Source: the human T2T-CHM13v2.0 reference genome, Homo sapiens | Length of the DNA stretch: 64,000 bases | Assembly (NCBI RefSeq): GCF_009914755.1 | Contig: NC_060928.1 | Reading direction: 5' to 3' (one strand) | Shown: in pieces, positions 10,901 through 24,520 of the stretch | Numbering within the stretch: the stretch's first letter is position 1 | Layout: each line of letters opens with the position of its first letter | The notes under the pieces: model-generated | Seen by the model: only the letters and a program-made list of their open reading frames with translations | What the model was told of the DNA's origin: nothing | Database searches by the model: none | Position numbers and translations under genes: made by a program

Positions 10901-13900
10901 ATCTCATGAGAACTCACTATCACAAGGTCAGCATCAAGAAGATGGTGCTTAAACATTGGTGAAGTATCTGACCCACACCCCCAACTCCCACTGTTTCCAG
11001 GCAGAAGCCTCCTTCAGATGCAGAACCTCTTGGAAAACCTCTATTATGGAAGTGCAGAAAGAAAATATGGGCTTGGAGCCCCCACACAGGTGGCCACCAA
11101 CCTCCAGATCCCAGATTCATAGACCCACCAACAACTCACGCACTTGGTGTGGAAAAGCTACAGACCCTCAATACCAGCCCAGCCCACGAGAACAGCTGAG
11201 GGGCTCAAACCTGCAAAGCCACAGGTGCACTTCCCTAGTGGAGGTTTTCCATGAGGCTTTGCCTCTGCAGCAGTCTACTCCCCCTTCCTACTTCCCCCCA
11301 CCCTCCCACCACCCTACTGCCAACCCGCTCCTCCCCATCCTACCGATCCCTTTTACCTTCTACCACCACCAACCTCCTGTCCATAATTAAGTCACCTGCT
11401 TCAACATTAGGGATTACAATTCCACATGAGTTTCATAGGGACACACAGGCAAACCATATAATTCTGACCCTGATATTCCAGAATCTATGTCCTTATCACA
11501 GACCAAAATACAATCATGACTTTTCAAAAGTTTGCAAAAGTCTTAACTCATTCCAAATTTTAAAAATTCAAAGTCTCATCTGAGATAAGGCCACAGTCCC
11601 TTCTGCCTATGAGTCCCTGAATTTAAAATGGAGTTCTTTTCTTTCAAGTTACAATGATGGTGGAGGCATTGGGTAAGTTTTCTCAGTCCAAAGGGAAGAA
11701 ATTTCCCAGAAAAATAACACAAATGGGCCCACAGGCCCAATGCAAGTCCAAAACCCAGCAGGACAGTATTCACTCAATCTCACAGCTCCAAAATCATCAA
11801 GAGAACTCACTGTCATGTGAACAGCCTTAAGGAGAGTGTGCTTAACCATTTGTGAAGAATCTGCCCCCCCACCCTCATCTTTCACTCCCACCCACAAAAT
11901 AATCTCCCCCATTCTCTCCACACCCTTACCTCCAACCCCCATGCTTCTCAATGATTAAATCACCTCCCACCAGGCCCCACCTTCAACATTCCCCATTACA
12001 ATTCCACATGAGTTTGCTAGGGATGCAGAGCCAAATCATATTATTCTGACCCTGGTCCCCATATCTCATGTTGTTCTCACACTGCAAAGTACAATGATGC
12101 CTTCTCTACAGTTTCCCAATCTCTTAACTCATTCCAGCATTTACTGAAGTGTCCAAAGCCTAAAGTCTCTTCTGAGACAAGGCTGCCATATGTTCTACCC
12201 CTGAGCCTCTGAAATACCAAGCAAGTACTTCCAAAGTACAATGATTTTACATGCATTGGATAAGTATTCCCAGCCAAAAGGAATAAATTTGCCAGAAAGA
12301 AGCACAAAATACATTTGGGACTTACAGACCCCATACAAGTCAAAAACCCAACAGGCCAGTCATTGAATCCTACACCTCCAAATCATTTTTTTTGAATCCA
12401 GATCCCACATCCAGAGCACAAGGGTATGAGGCCTGGGCTCCCAAGGCCTTGGGCAGGTCTGCACCTGTGACTTTTGCGGGGTCTAACCTCCACAGTTGCC
12501 CTCATGGGCTGGGCTGGTGTTGAGTACCTATAGCTTTTCCACAATCAGGGTGCAAGCTGCTAGTGAGTCTATGAATCTGGAGTTGGCAGAATGGTGCCTC
12601 CCTGTATGGGGTTCCAACCCTATATGTTCCTTCTCTACTGACCTAGTAAAGGAGGCTCTGCCTCTTGGAAAAGTTTCGACCTGGACACCCAGGTTTTTCC
12701 ATACATACTCTGGAGTCCAGACTAAGGATCCCCAGCCTCTAGTTTTGTGCTCTGTGCACCTGCTGGCTTAACACTATGTGGAAGCCACCAAGGCTTGCAG
12801 CTTGCACCCTCTGAAGCAGTGACCCAAGCTGTACCTGTGCATCTTTCAGCCATGGCTGGAGCTGGAGCTTCAGGAATGCAGTCAGCAGTGTCCTGAGGAT
12901 GGACATAGCAGCGGGGCCATTGGGCTGGAGAAGGAAACCTTTCTTTTATCCCAGGCCTCAGGGCCTGTGATAGCAAGGGCTGCTGCAAAAGTCTCTGAAA
13001 TGCCTTCAAGGCCTTTTTAACATTGTATTGGCTATTAGCACTGCACTCCTTTTTATGCGCATTTCTGAAGCCTTTTTGAACTTTCCCACTGATAATCAGC
13101 TTTTCTTTTTGACCACTTGGCCAGGCTGCAAATTTTCCAAACTTTTAAGCTCTCCTTCTCATTTAAATATAAGTTTCACCTTGAGGTCATTTCTTTGGTC
13201 ACATATAGGACCACAGGCTGTTCGACACAGACAGGACACTTCTTAAGCTTTGCTGCCTAAAATTTCATTCCACCAAATACACTCTAAATTATCACCCTGA
13301 TGTTCAAATTTTCACAGGTCTCCACATTAGGGGCATCATGCAGCAACGTTCTTTGCTAAGGAAAAAACAAAAGTGACCTTGGTTCCTGTTCCCAGCAAGC
13401 TCCTCATTTTCATGTGAGACTTTCTAAGCCTGGAGATCACTGTCCATCCTTCTGTCACCTTTTTAATTATAACTATTTAACGAGTCTCTACACTGGACCA
13501 AAGTTTTCCTCATCTTCCTGTCTTCTTCCAAGACCTCCAAACTCTCCAACCTCTGGCCATTACACACTTCTCAACCTGCTTCTACATTTTCAGCTACGTT
13601 TGTCATAGCCTGGCAATGTGGTAAAAGAAGAAAAGTCCATTTCAGGAAAAAATTAATGCAGGCTTCACATATTTGCCTGAAAAGAAGCTGAGTGCTGATT
13701 GCCAAGAGACTAGGAAAAAGGTCTTGAAGGCATTTCATAGTTCCACTTTATAGCATTATTTTTTTGTATAATCAGAAAGAAAAGAGGTTAAACTGGCTGA
13801 TGGTTCTGCAAGCTTTAAATAAATCATAGAGGCTTCTGCTTCTGGGAAGATTCAGGAAGCCTCCCAATCATACCAGAAGACCAAGCAGCAATGGGATGTT

Positions 13901-16900
13901 TTATATGGCAGAAGTAGAAAAAAAAACACAGAGAGGAAAAAGGTGCCACACGTTGTATAACCCTGTTATACAACCAGATTTCCTGAGAACTCACTATCAC
14001 AAGGTCAGTATCAAGATGTTGCTTAACCATTGGTGAAAGATCTGCCCCCTACCACCCACACCCCTCACTGTTTCCAGGCAGAAGACTGAGGCAGAGGCAG
14101 AGCCACTAGGAAAACCTCTACTAGGGCAGAGCAGAAAAAATAGATGGGCTTGGAGGCCCCACGCATGAGGTTACCATCCTCAGACCCCAGATTCATAGAC
14201 CCACCAACAGCTTGCACTCTCAGTATGGAAAAGCTACAGGCACTCAACACCAGCCCAGCCTATGAGGGCAGCCACGGCGGCTACACCCTGCAAACCACAG
14301 GTGCACAGCCCTGGTAGAGGTTTTCCATGAGGATATGCCTCTGCAGCAGGCTACTCCCCCTTCCTACTGCCCACCACGCTCTCACCACCCTACTGCCAGC
14401 CTACTCCTCCCCACCCTACCCATTTATTTTCCCTTTCACCCCTACCAACCTCCTGTTTGTGATTAAATCACTTCCCACCAGGTCCCACCTACAACAGTCA
14501 GGAATGCTGTTCCCCATGAGTTTTTGTAGAGAAACACAGCCGAACCATATTATCCTGACCCTGACACCCCCACATCTCATGTCTTTCTCACACAGAAAAA
14601 TACAAACATGCCTTTTCAAAAGTTTCAAAAAGTCTTAACTCATTCCAGCAGTAACTCAAATGTAGTAAGTTCAAGTCTCATCCAGAACAAGACCAATCCC
14701 TTCTGCCTATAAGTCCCTGAATGTAAAATACAATTCTTTTCTTTCAAGTTAAAACGATGGCACAGGCACTGGGTAAACTTTCTCAAACCAAAGGGAAGAT
14801 TTTCCCAGAAAAATAACACAATTGGGACACAGGCCCAATCCGACTCCAAAACCCAGCAGGACAGCATTCATTTATCATGAGAACTCACTATCACACAGAC
14901 TGCATTAAGGAGATAGTATTTAACCATTTGTGAAGGATCTGCCACCCGTCCCCATGTTTCACCTTCACTCACACCATGAACCTCCGTTCCCCTACATCCC
15001 CCTTCCAACCCCCATTCTCTACCATGATTAAATCATCTTCTACCAAGCCCCACGTTTAACATTCCCCATTACAATTCAACATGAGTTTTGGTAGGGACAC
15101 AGAGCCAAATCATATTATTCCCCCTTTGGCTCCCCAATCTCACATCCTTCTCATACTGCAAAATACAATGATGCATCCTCTACAGTCCCCCAGTGTCTGA
15201 ACTCATTCCAGCATTTACTCAAATGTCCATTTGTGAAGGATGCACCCCCCGCCCCTGCCTTTCACCCCCAACCCCACCACAATCACCCCAACCCTCCCCA
15301 CCCCCTAATCACCCCCACCCTCCCCAACCCCCCAACCATCCCACCTCCACTCTCCATCATGATTAAATCACCTTCCACCAGCCCCCACCTTTAACATTTC
15401 CCATTAAAATTCCATATGAGTTTTGGTAGAGACACAGAGCCAAAACATATTATTCTGTCCCTGGTCCCCCAAAGTTCATGTCTTTCTCACATTGCAAAAC
15501 GCAATGATGACTTCCCTAGAGTCCCCCAAATCTTAACTCATCCCAGCGTTTACTCAAATGTCTAAAGCCCAAAGTCTCTTCTGAGACAAGGCTGCCATAC
15601 CTTCTGCCCTGAGCCTCTGAAATACAAAGCAAGTTAACCACTTCCAAGGTACAATGATTGTACAGGCATTGGGTAAGCATTCCAAGCCAAAAAGAAGAAA
15701 TTTGCCAGAAAGAAGCACAAAACACAGATGAGACTTAAAAACCACCTGCAAGTCAAAAACACAGCAGGCCAGTCATTCCATCATACAGCTCCAAATCATC
15801 TTTTTGGAATCTATGTCCACATCCAGAGCACAGGGTGGTGTGATGGCTGGGATCCCAAGGCCTTGGGCAGCTCTGCACATGTGGCATTGCAGAATCTTCC
15901 CCCTACAGCTGACTTCATTGGCTAGGCTGGCGTTGAGTACCTGTAGCTTTTCAACAGTAAGGGTGCAAGCAGCTGGTGGGTCTATGAAACTGAGGTCTGG
16001 AAAATGGTGCCTCCCTCTATGGGGACTCCAACCCTATACTTTCCTTGTGTACTACCTGAGTAGAGGTTTACCATGAGGCTCTGCCTCTTGGAAAAGCTTC
16101 TGGCTAGACACTCAGGCTTTCTGATATATTCTCTGGAGTCCAGACGAAGGCTCTGAAGCTTCTAGTCCTGTGCTTTATGCACCTGCTGGCTTAACACTAT
16201 GTAGAAGCCACCAAGGCTTGGAGCTTGCATCCTCTGAAGCAGTGATGCAAGCTGTACCTGTACATCTTTCATCCATGGCTGAAGCTGGAAAAGGAGCTGC
16301 AGGGATGCAGGCAGTAGTGTCCTGAGGCTGCACACAGCAGTGGAGCCATGGGGCTGAGCCAGGAAACTATTCTTTTCTCCTAAACCCCAGGGCCAGTGAC
16401 AGCAAGGACTGCTACAAAGGTCTCTGAAATGCCTTCAAGGCCTTTTTCCCATTGTCTTGAATTATTAGCATTGGGCTCCTTTTTATGCAAATATCCTAAG
16501 CCTTCTTGATTTTCCCCCTGAAAATCAGCTTTTCTTTTTGACCACTTGTCCAGATTACAAATTTTCCAAATGTTGAAGCTCTGTTTCTCATTTAAATATA
16601 AGTTCCAACTTATGGTCATTTCTTTCATCACACATAGGAGCACAGGCTGTTCGATGTAGGCAGTACAACTCTTGAACTTTGCTGCTTAGAAGTTCATTCC
16701 ACCAAATACACCCTAAATTATCACCCTCGAGTTCAGTTTCACAGATCTCCCGGGAAGGGTCACTGTGTAGCCAATTACTTTGCTAAGTCAAAACAAAAAA
16801 ACCTTGGCTCCTTTTCCCAGTAAGTTACTCATTTTCATCTGAGACCTTACAAGGCTGGTCTTCACTGTCCATCCTTCTGTCAGCCTTTTACTCACAACTA

Positions 16901-19900
16901 TTTAATAAGTCTCTGCAATGGTCCAAACTTTCCCTCATCTTTCTGTCTTCTTCCAAGCTCTCCAAACTCTCTAACCTCTGGCCACTACCCAATTTGGAAC
17001 CTGCGTCTACACTGTCAGCTATCTTTGCTGCAGCCTGGCAATGTGGTAAAAGAAGAAAAGTCCATTATCAGGGGAAACATCAAGATGGCCTCCAATATTT
17101 GCATTGAAAGAAGCTCAGCGCTAATAGCCAAGAGAATGGGGGAAACACCTAGAAGTCATTTCATAACTTCACTTCACAGCATTAATTTTCTGTATCTACA
17201 TAAAGAAAAGAGGTCTAATTGACTCACAGTTCTTCAGGCTGTAAAGAAAGCATAGTGGTTTCTGCTTGTAGGGGGACTCAGGAAGCCTCCCAATTATACC
17301 AGAAGGCCAAGCAGCAATGAAATGTTTCATATGGCAGGAGTAGAAGCAAGACAGAGAGAGGAAAGAAGTGCAATATCCAGTTATACAACTAGATCTCATG
17401 AGAGCTCACTATCAGAAGATCAGCATCAAGATGGTGCTTAACTGTTGGTGAAGGATCCGCCCACCACCCCATATCCACTACCCACTGTTTCCAAGCAAAA
17501 GCCTGAGGCAGAGACAGATCCGCCTGGAAAACCTCTACTAGGGCAGTGCAAAAGGAAAATATGGGCTTGGAGCCCCCACGCCACCATCCTCCAGCCCAAG
17601 AGTCATGGACCTACCAACAGCTCACACCCCCAGTATGGAAAAGCTTCAGGCACTCAACAGCAGCCCAGCCCATGAGAGCAGCTGCAGGTGCTAAACCCTG
17701 CAAAGCCACAGGTGCACTGCCTTAGTAGAGGTTTTCCATGAGCCTCTGCCTCTGTTGCAGGCTACTCCCCTCCTGCTACACACCACCCTACAGCCAGCCT
17801 ACACCTCCCCACCTTACCCACCTGTTTTTACTTCCAACCCCACCCCTCTCCCATCCATGAATAAGTCACTTCCCACTAGGCCCCACCTGCAACATTCAGG
17901 ATTACAATTACATGTGAGTTTAGGTAGGGACACGCAGCTAAATCATACTATTCTGACCCTGATCCCCCAAATATCATATCCTTCTCACAGAGTAAAATAC
18001 AATCATGCCTTTTCAAAAGTTGCCAAAAGTCTTAAGTCATTTCAGCATTAACTCGAATGTAAAAAGTTCCACGTCTCACCTGAGAAAAGGCTACAGTCCC
18101 TTTTGCCTATAAGTCCCTGAATTTAAAAGTGAGTTCTTTTCTTTCAAGGTACAATGATGGTACAGGCATTGGGTAAGTTTTCTCAATCCAAAGGGTAGAA
18201 GTTTGCCAGGAAAATAACACAAATGTGATCACAGGGCCAACGCAAGTCCAAAACCCAGGAGGTCAGTATCCATTCAATCTCACAGCTCCAAAACCGTCAC
18301 GAGAACTCACCATCATGAGGAAAGGATTAAGGAGATGGTGTTTAACTACTTGTGAGGGATCATCCCCCCACCCCCACTTTTCACCCCTCACCCCCAGCAT
18401 AATCCACCCATCCTTCCCAATCTCCACCTTCCAACACCCAGTGCCCTCCATGATTAAATCACCTTCCACCTGGCCCCAATTTTAACATTTCTGATTACAA
18501 TTCCACATGAGTTTCCATAGGGACACACAGCCGAATCTTATTCTTCTGTCCCTGCCTCCCCAAATCTCATGTCCTTCTCACTTTGCAAAATACAGTGATG
18601 CCTTACTTACCATTCCCCAAGCCACTATGCTTTTTTTTACAGCCTGCAGAAAGATGAGCCAATTAAACCCCTTTTTGTTATGATCATACAGAAAATTAGT
18701 ACTATGAAGTGAAGCTATGAAACGCCTTTAATGACTTTTCCCCATCGTCTTGGCTAAAACCCCCAACGTCTTAACTCATTCCAGCATTTACTTAAATGTC
18801 TGAAGCCCAAAGTCTCATCTGAGACAAAGATGCTGTCCCTTCTGCTCCTGAGCCTCTGAAATACAAAGCAAGTTAACTACTTCCAAGGTATGATTGTCCA
18901 GGCATTGAGTAAGAATTCCCACCCTAAAGGAAGATTTTTGCCAGAGAAGCAATGAAACACAAATGGGACTTACAGGTCCCATGAAAATCCAAAACCCAGC
19001 AGGCCAGTTATTAAAACCTACAGCTCTAAAGTCATCCTTTTTTAATCCTTGCCCCACATCCAGGGCACAAGGGCATGAGGGCTGGGCTCCCAAGGCCTTG
19101 GGCAGGTCTGCACCTGTGGCTTTGTGGTTTTCAGTCCCCACAGCTGCCCTCATGGGCTGTGCTGGTGTTGAGTGCCTGTAGTTTTCACCCACAGAGGGTA
19201 CAAAGCTCTTGGTGGGTCTATGAGTCTGGGGTCTGCATGATGGTGGCCTCCGGTGTGGGGGCTCCAACCCCATATTTTCCTTCTGCACTGCCCTAGTAGA
19301 GGTTTCCCAAGAGGCTCTGCTTTTTGGCAGCCTTCTGTCTGGACACCCAAGCATTTTCGTACATCTTCCAAAATCTATATGAGGGCTCCGAAGCCTCTGG
19401 GCTAGTGCTCTATGGACTCGCTGGATTAACACTATGTGGAAGCCATGAAGCCTTATAGCTTGTACCCTCTGAAGCAGTGATGCAATCTGTAGCTGTGTAT
19501 CTTTCAGCCAAGGTCGGAGCAGGAGCTGGGCTGCTGGGATGCAGGCAGCAGTGTCCTGAGGCTGCACACAGCAGCAGGGCCATGGGGCTGGCCCCGGAAA
19601 CCATTCTTCTCTCCTAGGCCCCAGGGTCTGTGACAGTAAATGCTGCTGTAAACATCTCTGAAATGCCTCCAAGGCTTTTTCCCCCATTGTCTTGGCTATT
19701 AGCACTGGCCTCCATTTTATGCAAATTTCTGGAGCCTTCATGAATTTTCCCCCTGAAAATCAGCTTTTCTTTTTGACCACTTGGCCAGGCTGCAAATGTT
19801 CCAAACTTTTGAGCTCTGCTTGTCATTTTTAAATATAAGTTCCAACTTGAGGTCATTTCCTCGGTCACACATAACCTCGGTCACACAAGAGCACAGGCTG

Positions 19901-22900
19901 TTTGATGCAGACAGGATCCCCCTTGTGCTATGCTGCCTAGAAGTTCATTCCACCAGATATGTACTAAATCATCACCCTCAAGTTCAAAGTTTCACAGATC
20001 TAGAGGGCAAGGTCGCCCTGCAGCCATGTTCTTTGCTATAGCAAAACAAAAGTAACCTTGGCTCCTGTTCCCAGTAATTTCCTCATTTTCATCTGAGACC
20101 TTGTAAGCCTGGCCTTCACTGTCCATCCTTCTGCCAGCCTTTTAATCACAACTATTCAACAAGTGCCTACTATGGTCCAAAATTTCTTTCATCTTCCTGT
20201 CTTCTTTCAAGCTCTCCAAACTCTCCAACCTCTGGCTTTTACCCACTTCTGAACCTGCTTTACATTTTCAGCTATCTTTATTGCAGCCTGGCAATGTAGA
20301 AGAAAAAGAAGTCCATTTTCAGGGGGAAACTTCAAAAGGCTTCAGATATTTGCATTAAAAAGAAGTCCAGTGCTAATAGCCAAGACGATGGGGAAATGTC
20401 ATTGCAGATATTTCATAGCTCCACTTCACAGTACTTTATTTTCTGTATGATCATAATGAAAAGGGGTTAATTGGCTCATGGTTCTGCAGGCTGTAAAGAA
20501 AGCATAGTGGCTTCTGCTTCTGGGAGGACTCAGGAAGCCTCCCAATCATACCAGTAGGAAAACAGCAATGAAATGTTTCATACGGCAGGAGTAAGAGCAA
20601 GGCTGAGAGAGGAAAGAGGTGCCACACCGTTATATAACCAGATCTCATGAGGACTCACTATCACTAGGTCAGCATCAAGAAGATGGTGCTTAACCATTGG
20701 TGAAGGATCCGCCCCCCAACACAGCTCCACCTCCTAGTGTTCCAGACAGAAGCCTGCTGCAGAGGCAGAGGCTCTTGGGAATCCTGTACTATGGCAGTGC
20801 AGAAGGAAAATAAGGGCTTTGAGTGACTATGCAGGAGGCCACCATCCTCTAGACCCCAGATTCATAGACCTACCAACAGTTCACACCCTCAGTATGGAAA
20901 AGTGATAGGCACTCAACACCAGCCCAGCCCATGAGAGAAGCCATGGGGGCTAAAGCCTGCAAAGCCACAGGCACACTGCCCTGGTAGAGGTTTCCATGAG
21001 CCTCTGCCTCTGCAGCAGTCTACTCCCCCTTCCTACTACCCACCACCCTACAGCCAGCCTACTCTTCCCCACCCTACCCACCCCATTTTTTTCCACCCCT
21101 ACCCCTCCCATCCATGATTAAATAATCTCCCACCAGGTCCTGCCTCCAACATTTGGCATTACAATTCCACATGAGTTTTTCCAGGGGCACACAGCCAAAT
21201 CATATTATGCTGACCTTGACCCCCCAAATCTCATATCCTTCTCACAGAATAAAATACATTCATACCTTTTCAAAAGTTTCCAAAAGCCTTAACTCCTTCC
21301 TGCATTAACTCAAATGTAAAAAGTTCAAAGTCTCATCTGAGACAACGCTACAGTTTCTTCTGCCTATGATTCCCTGAAGTTAAAAGGGTGTTCATTTCTT
21401 TCAAGGTACAATGATGGCACAGGTACTGGGTAAGCTTTCTCAATCCAAAGGAAAGAAATTTCCAAGAAAAATAACACAAATGGGACCACAGGCCCAGTGG
21501 ACATCCAAAATACAGTAGGTCAGTGTTCATTCAATCTCACAGCTCCAAAATCATGAAGAGAACTCACTATCAGAAGGACAGCATTAAGGAGATGGTGTTT
21601 AACCATTTGTGAAGGATCCACCCCCACCCCTGCCTTTCATCCCCAACCCCACCACAATCCCCTCCAACCCTCCCAACCCCCAATCCCCTCCAACCCTCCT
21701 CGCCCCCCAATCCCCCCAACCCTCCCCGCCCCCCAACCATCCAACCTCCACTCTTCACCATGATGAAATCACCTTCCACCAGCCCCCACTTTTAACATTT
21801 CCCATTAATATTCCACATGAGCTTTGGTAGAGACAGAGAGCCAAAACATATTATTCTGTCCCTGGTCCCCCAAAGTTCATGTCTTTCTCACATTGCAAAA
21901 TGCAATGATGCCTTCCCTAGAGTCTCTCAAATCTTAACTCATTCCAGCATTTACTCAAAGGCCCAAAGCCCAGAGTCTTATCTGAGACAAGTTTACAGTC
22001 CCTTCTGCCCATGAGTCACTGAATTATAAAGAAAATTTACTACTTCCAAGGTACAAGGATTGTACAGGCAATGGGTAAGCATTCCCAGTCAACAGAAAAA
22101 AATAATTCCTAGAAAGAAGCACAAAACACAGAAGGGACTCATAGGATACATAAATGTCCAAAACCCAGCAGGCCAGTCACTCAATGCTACAGCTCCAAAA
22201 TCATCATTTTTGAATCCTTGTCCCATATCCATGGCACAGGGCTGTGAGGGCTGAGCTCCCAAGGCCTTGGGCAGATCTGCCCCTGTGGTTTTGCAGCGTT
22301 CAGCCTCAGTGGCTGTCTCTCATGGACAGGGCTGTTGTTGAGTGCCCATAGCTTTTCCACACCAGGGGTGCAAGCTGTTTGTGGGTCTATGAATCTGGGG
22401 TTTAGAGAGTGATGCCTCCCTGTGTGGGGGCTTCAACCTTATATGTCCCTTATTTGCTCCCCTAGTAGAGGTTCCCCATAAGGCTCTGCCTCTTGGAAAA
22501 GCTTCTTCCTGAACATCCAGGATTTTCTGTACATCTTCTGGAGTCTAGACGGGAGCTCCCAAGCCTCTAGTCTCTTTCTCTGTGCACCTACTGGCTTAAC
22601 ACTATATGGAAACCTTTAAGACTTTGAGCCACCTCTGAAGCAATGACCCGAGCTGTACCTGTATGTCTTTCAGCCATGGCTGGTGCTGGAGCTGCACAGA
22701 TGCAGGCAGCAGTGTCCTGCGGTTGAACACAGCAGCAGGGCCATGGGACTGGCGTAGGAAACCATTCTTCTCTCCTAGGCCCCGGGGCCTGTGACAGCAA
22801 GGGCTGCTGCAGACTTCTCTAAAATACCTTCAAGGCCGGTTTCAAACTGTCTTGACTATTTGCACTGGGTTCCTTTTTATGCAAATACCCTAAGCCTTCT

Positions 22901-24520
22901 TGAATTTTCCCCCTCAAAATCGGCTTTTCTTTTTGACTACTTGGCCAGGCTCCAAATTTTCCAAACTTTAGATCTCCACTTGAAGTTCCAACTTGAAGTC
23001 ATTTCTTAGGTCACCCTTAAGAACACAGGCTGTTCAATGCGGACAGGTCACCTCTTGTGTTATGCTGCCTAGATGTTCATTTCACCAAATACATCCTAAA
23101 TCATCACCCCCAAGTTCCTAGTTTCACAGATCTCCAGGGCAGGGTCCCCGTGCAGCCAGCTTCTTTGCTAAGGCCAATCAAATGTAATCTTGGCTTCTAT
23201 TAATAGGAAATTCCTCATTTTCATCTGAGACCTTTTAAGTCTGGACTTCAGTGTTTAAACTTTTGTCAGCCTTCTAATCACAAGTATTTAACAATTCTCT
23301 ATAGTGGTCCAATATTTTCCTCATCTTGCTGTCTTCTAAGCTTTCCCAATTCTTCTGACCTCTGTCTTTTACTCACTTCTGAACCTGGTTCTACATTGTC
23401 AGCTATCTTTATCAGAGCCTGGCAATGTGGTAAAACAGAAAAGTCCATTTTCGGGGGAAAATTCACGAAGGCTTCAGATATTTGCATGAAAAGAAGCTGA
23501 GTGCTGGTTGCCAAGACAAAGGGGAAAGGGCCTTGAAGGCATTTCATGGCTCCACTTCATAGCACTGATTTTCTGTATGATCATAAAGAAAAGAGGTTTA
23601 ATTGGCTCACTATACAGCAGGCTGTAAAGGAAGCATAGTGGCTTCTGCTTCTGGGAGGATCAGATCAGGAAGCCTCCCAATCATACCAGAAGGCCAAGGG
23701 GCAATGAGATATTTCAAATGGCAGGAGTAGAAGCAAGACTGCGAGAGGAAAGAGTTGCCACCCCCTGTTATATAACCAGATCTCATGAGAACACACTATC
23801 ATGAGGACAGCATCAAGAAGACGTTGCCTAACCATTGGTGAAGGATCTGCCTCCCACACCCACCTCCTACTGTTTCCACGCAGTAGCCTCCTGCAGACGA
23901 AGAGTTCTTGGGAAACCTCTACTAGGGCAGTGCAGAAGGAAAATATGGACTTGGAGCCCCCATGCTACCACCCTCCAGACCTCAGATACATAGACCCACC
24001 AACAGCTTGCACCCTCCGTGTGGAAAAGCTACAGGCACTCAACACTAGTCCAGTCTATGAGAGCAGCCATGGGGGCTCAGACCTGCAAAGCCACAGGTGC
24101 ACTTCCCCAGTAGGCATTTTCCATGAGGCTCTGCCTCTGCAGCAGGCTACTCCCCCTTCCTACTACCCACCACCTTCCCACCACCATACAGCCAGTCTAC
24201 TCCCTCCCACCCTACCCACCCCTTTTTCCCTTCCACATACACCCCCACCCATCCATGATTAAATCACTCCCTCCCACTCCCTCTAGTACTCTAATCCCTC
24301 CAAGCCCTTCCAATCTTTGTTTGCTACCCACTATTGAGCCTGCTTCTACTTTTTTAGCTATCTGTATAGCAGGTTGGCTAGGTAGCAATAACAAAAATCC
24401 CATTTAAGGGGAAACATTCAAGAAGATTTCAGAAATTTGCATATAAAGAAGCCCTTTGCTAATAGCCAAGACAAAGGGTAAAAGGCCTTGAAGACATTTC
24501 ACAGCTCCTCTCTGCAGTTC
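7965..24520 (-). repeat. Tandem array of ~2.8-3.4 kb composite units built from MaLR MST-type LTR and internal fragments (five long units plus one short)
   Basis: The LTR marker 'ggcaggagtag.agcaagacagaga' recurs near 8008, 10840, 13908, 17333, 20584 and 23720. MST-type LTR text ('aagaaaagaggtttaattggctca', 'ccagatctcatgagaactcactatca') and internal text ('aaagtcttaactcattccagcatt', 'aagtctcatctgagacaagg') occur in every unit. Confidence 0.9.

Noticed and set aside
18815-19741. 308 aa ORF as a real gene
   Set aside because: It lies wholly in MaLR internal sequence. The homologous segments in other units are broken into short ORFs, and no domain is recognisable.
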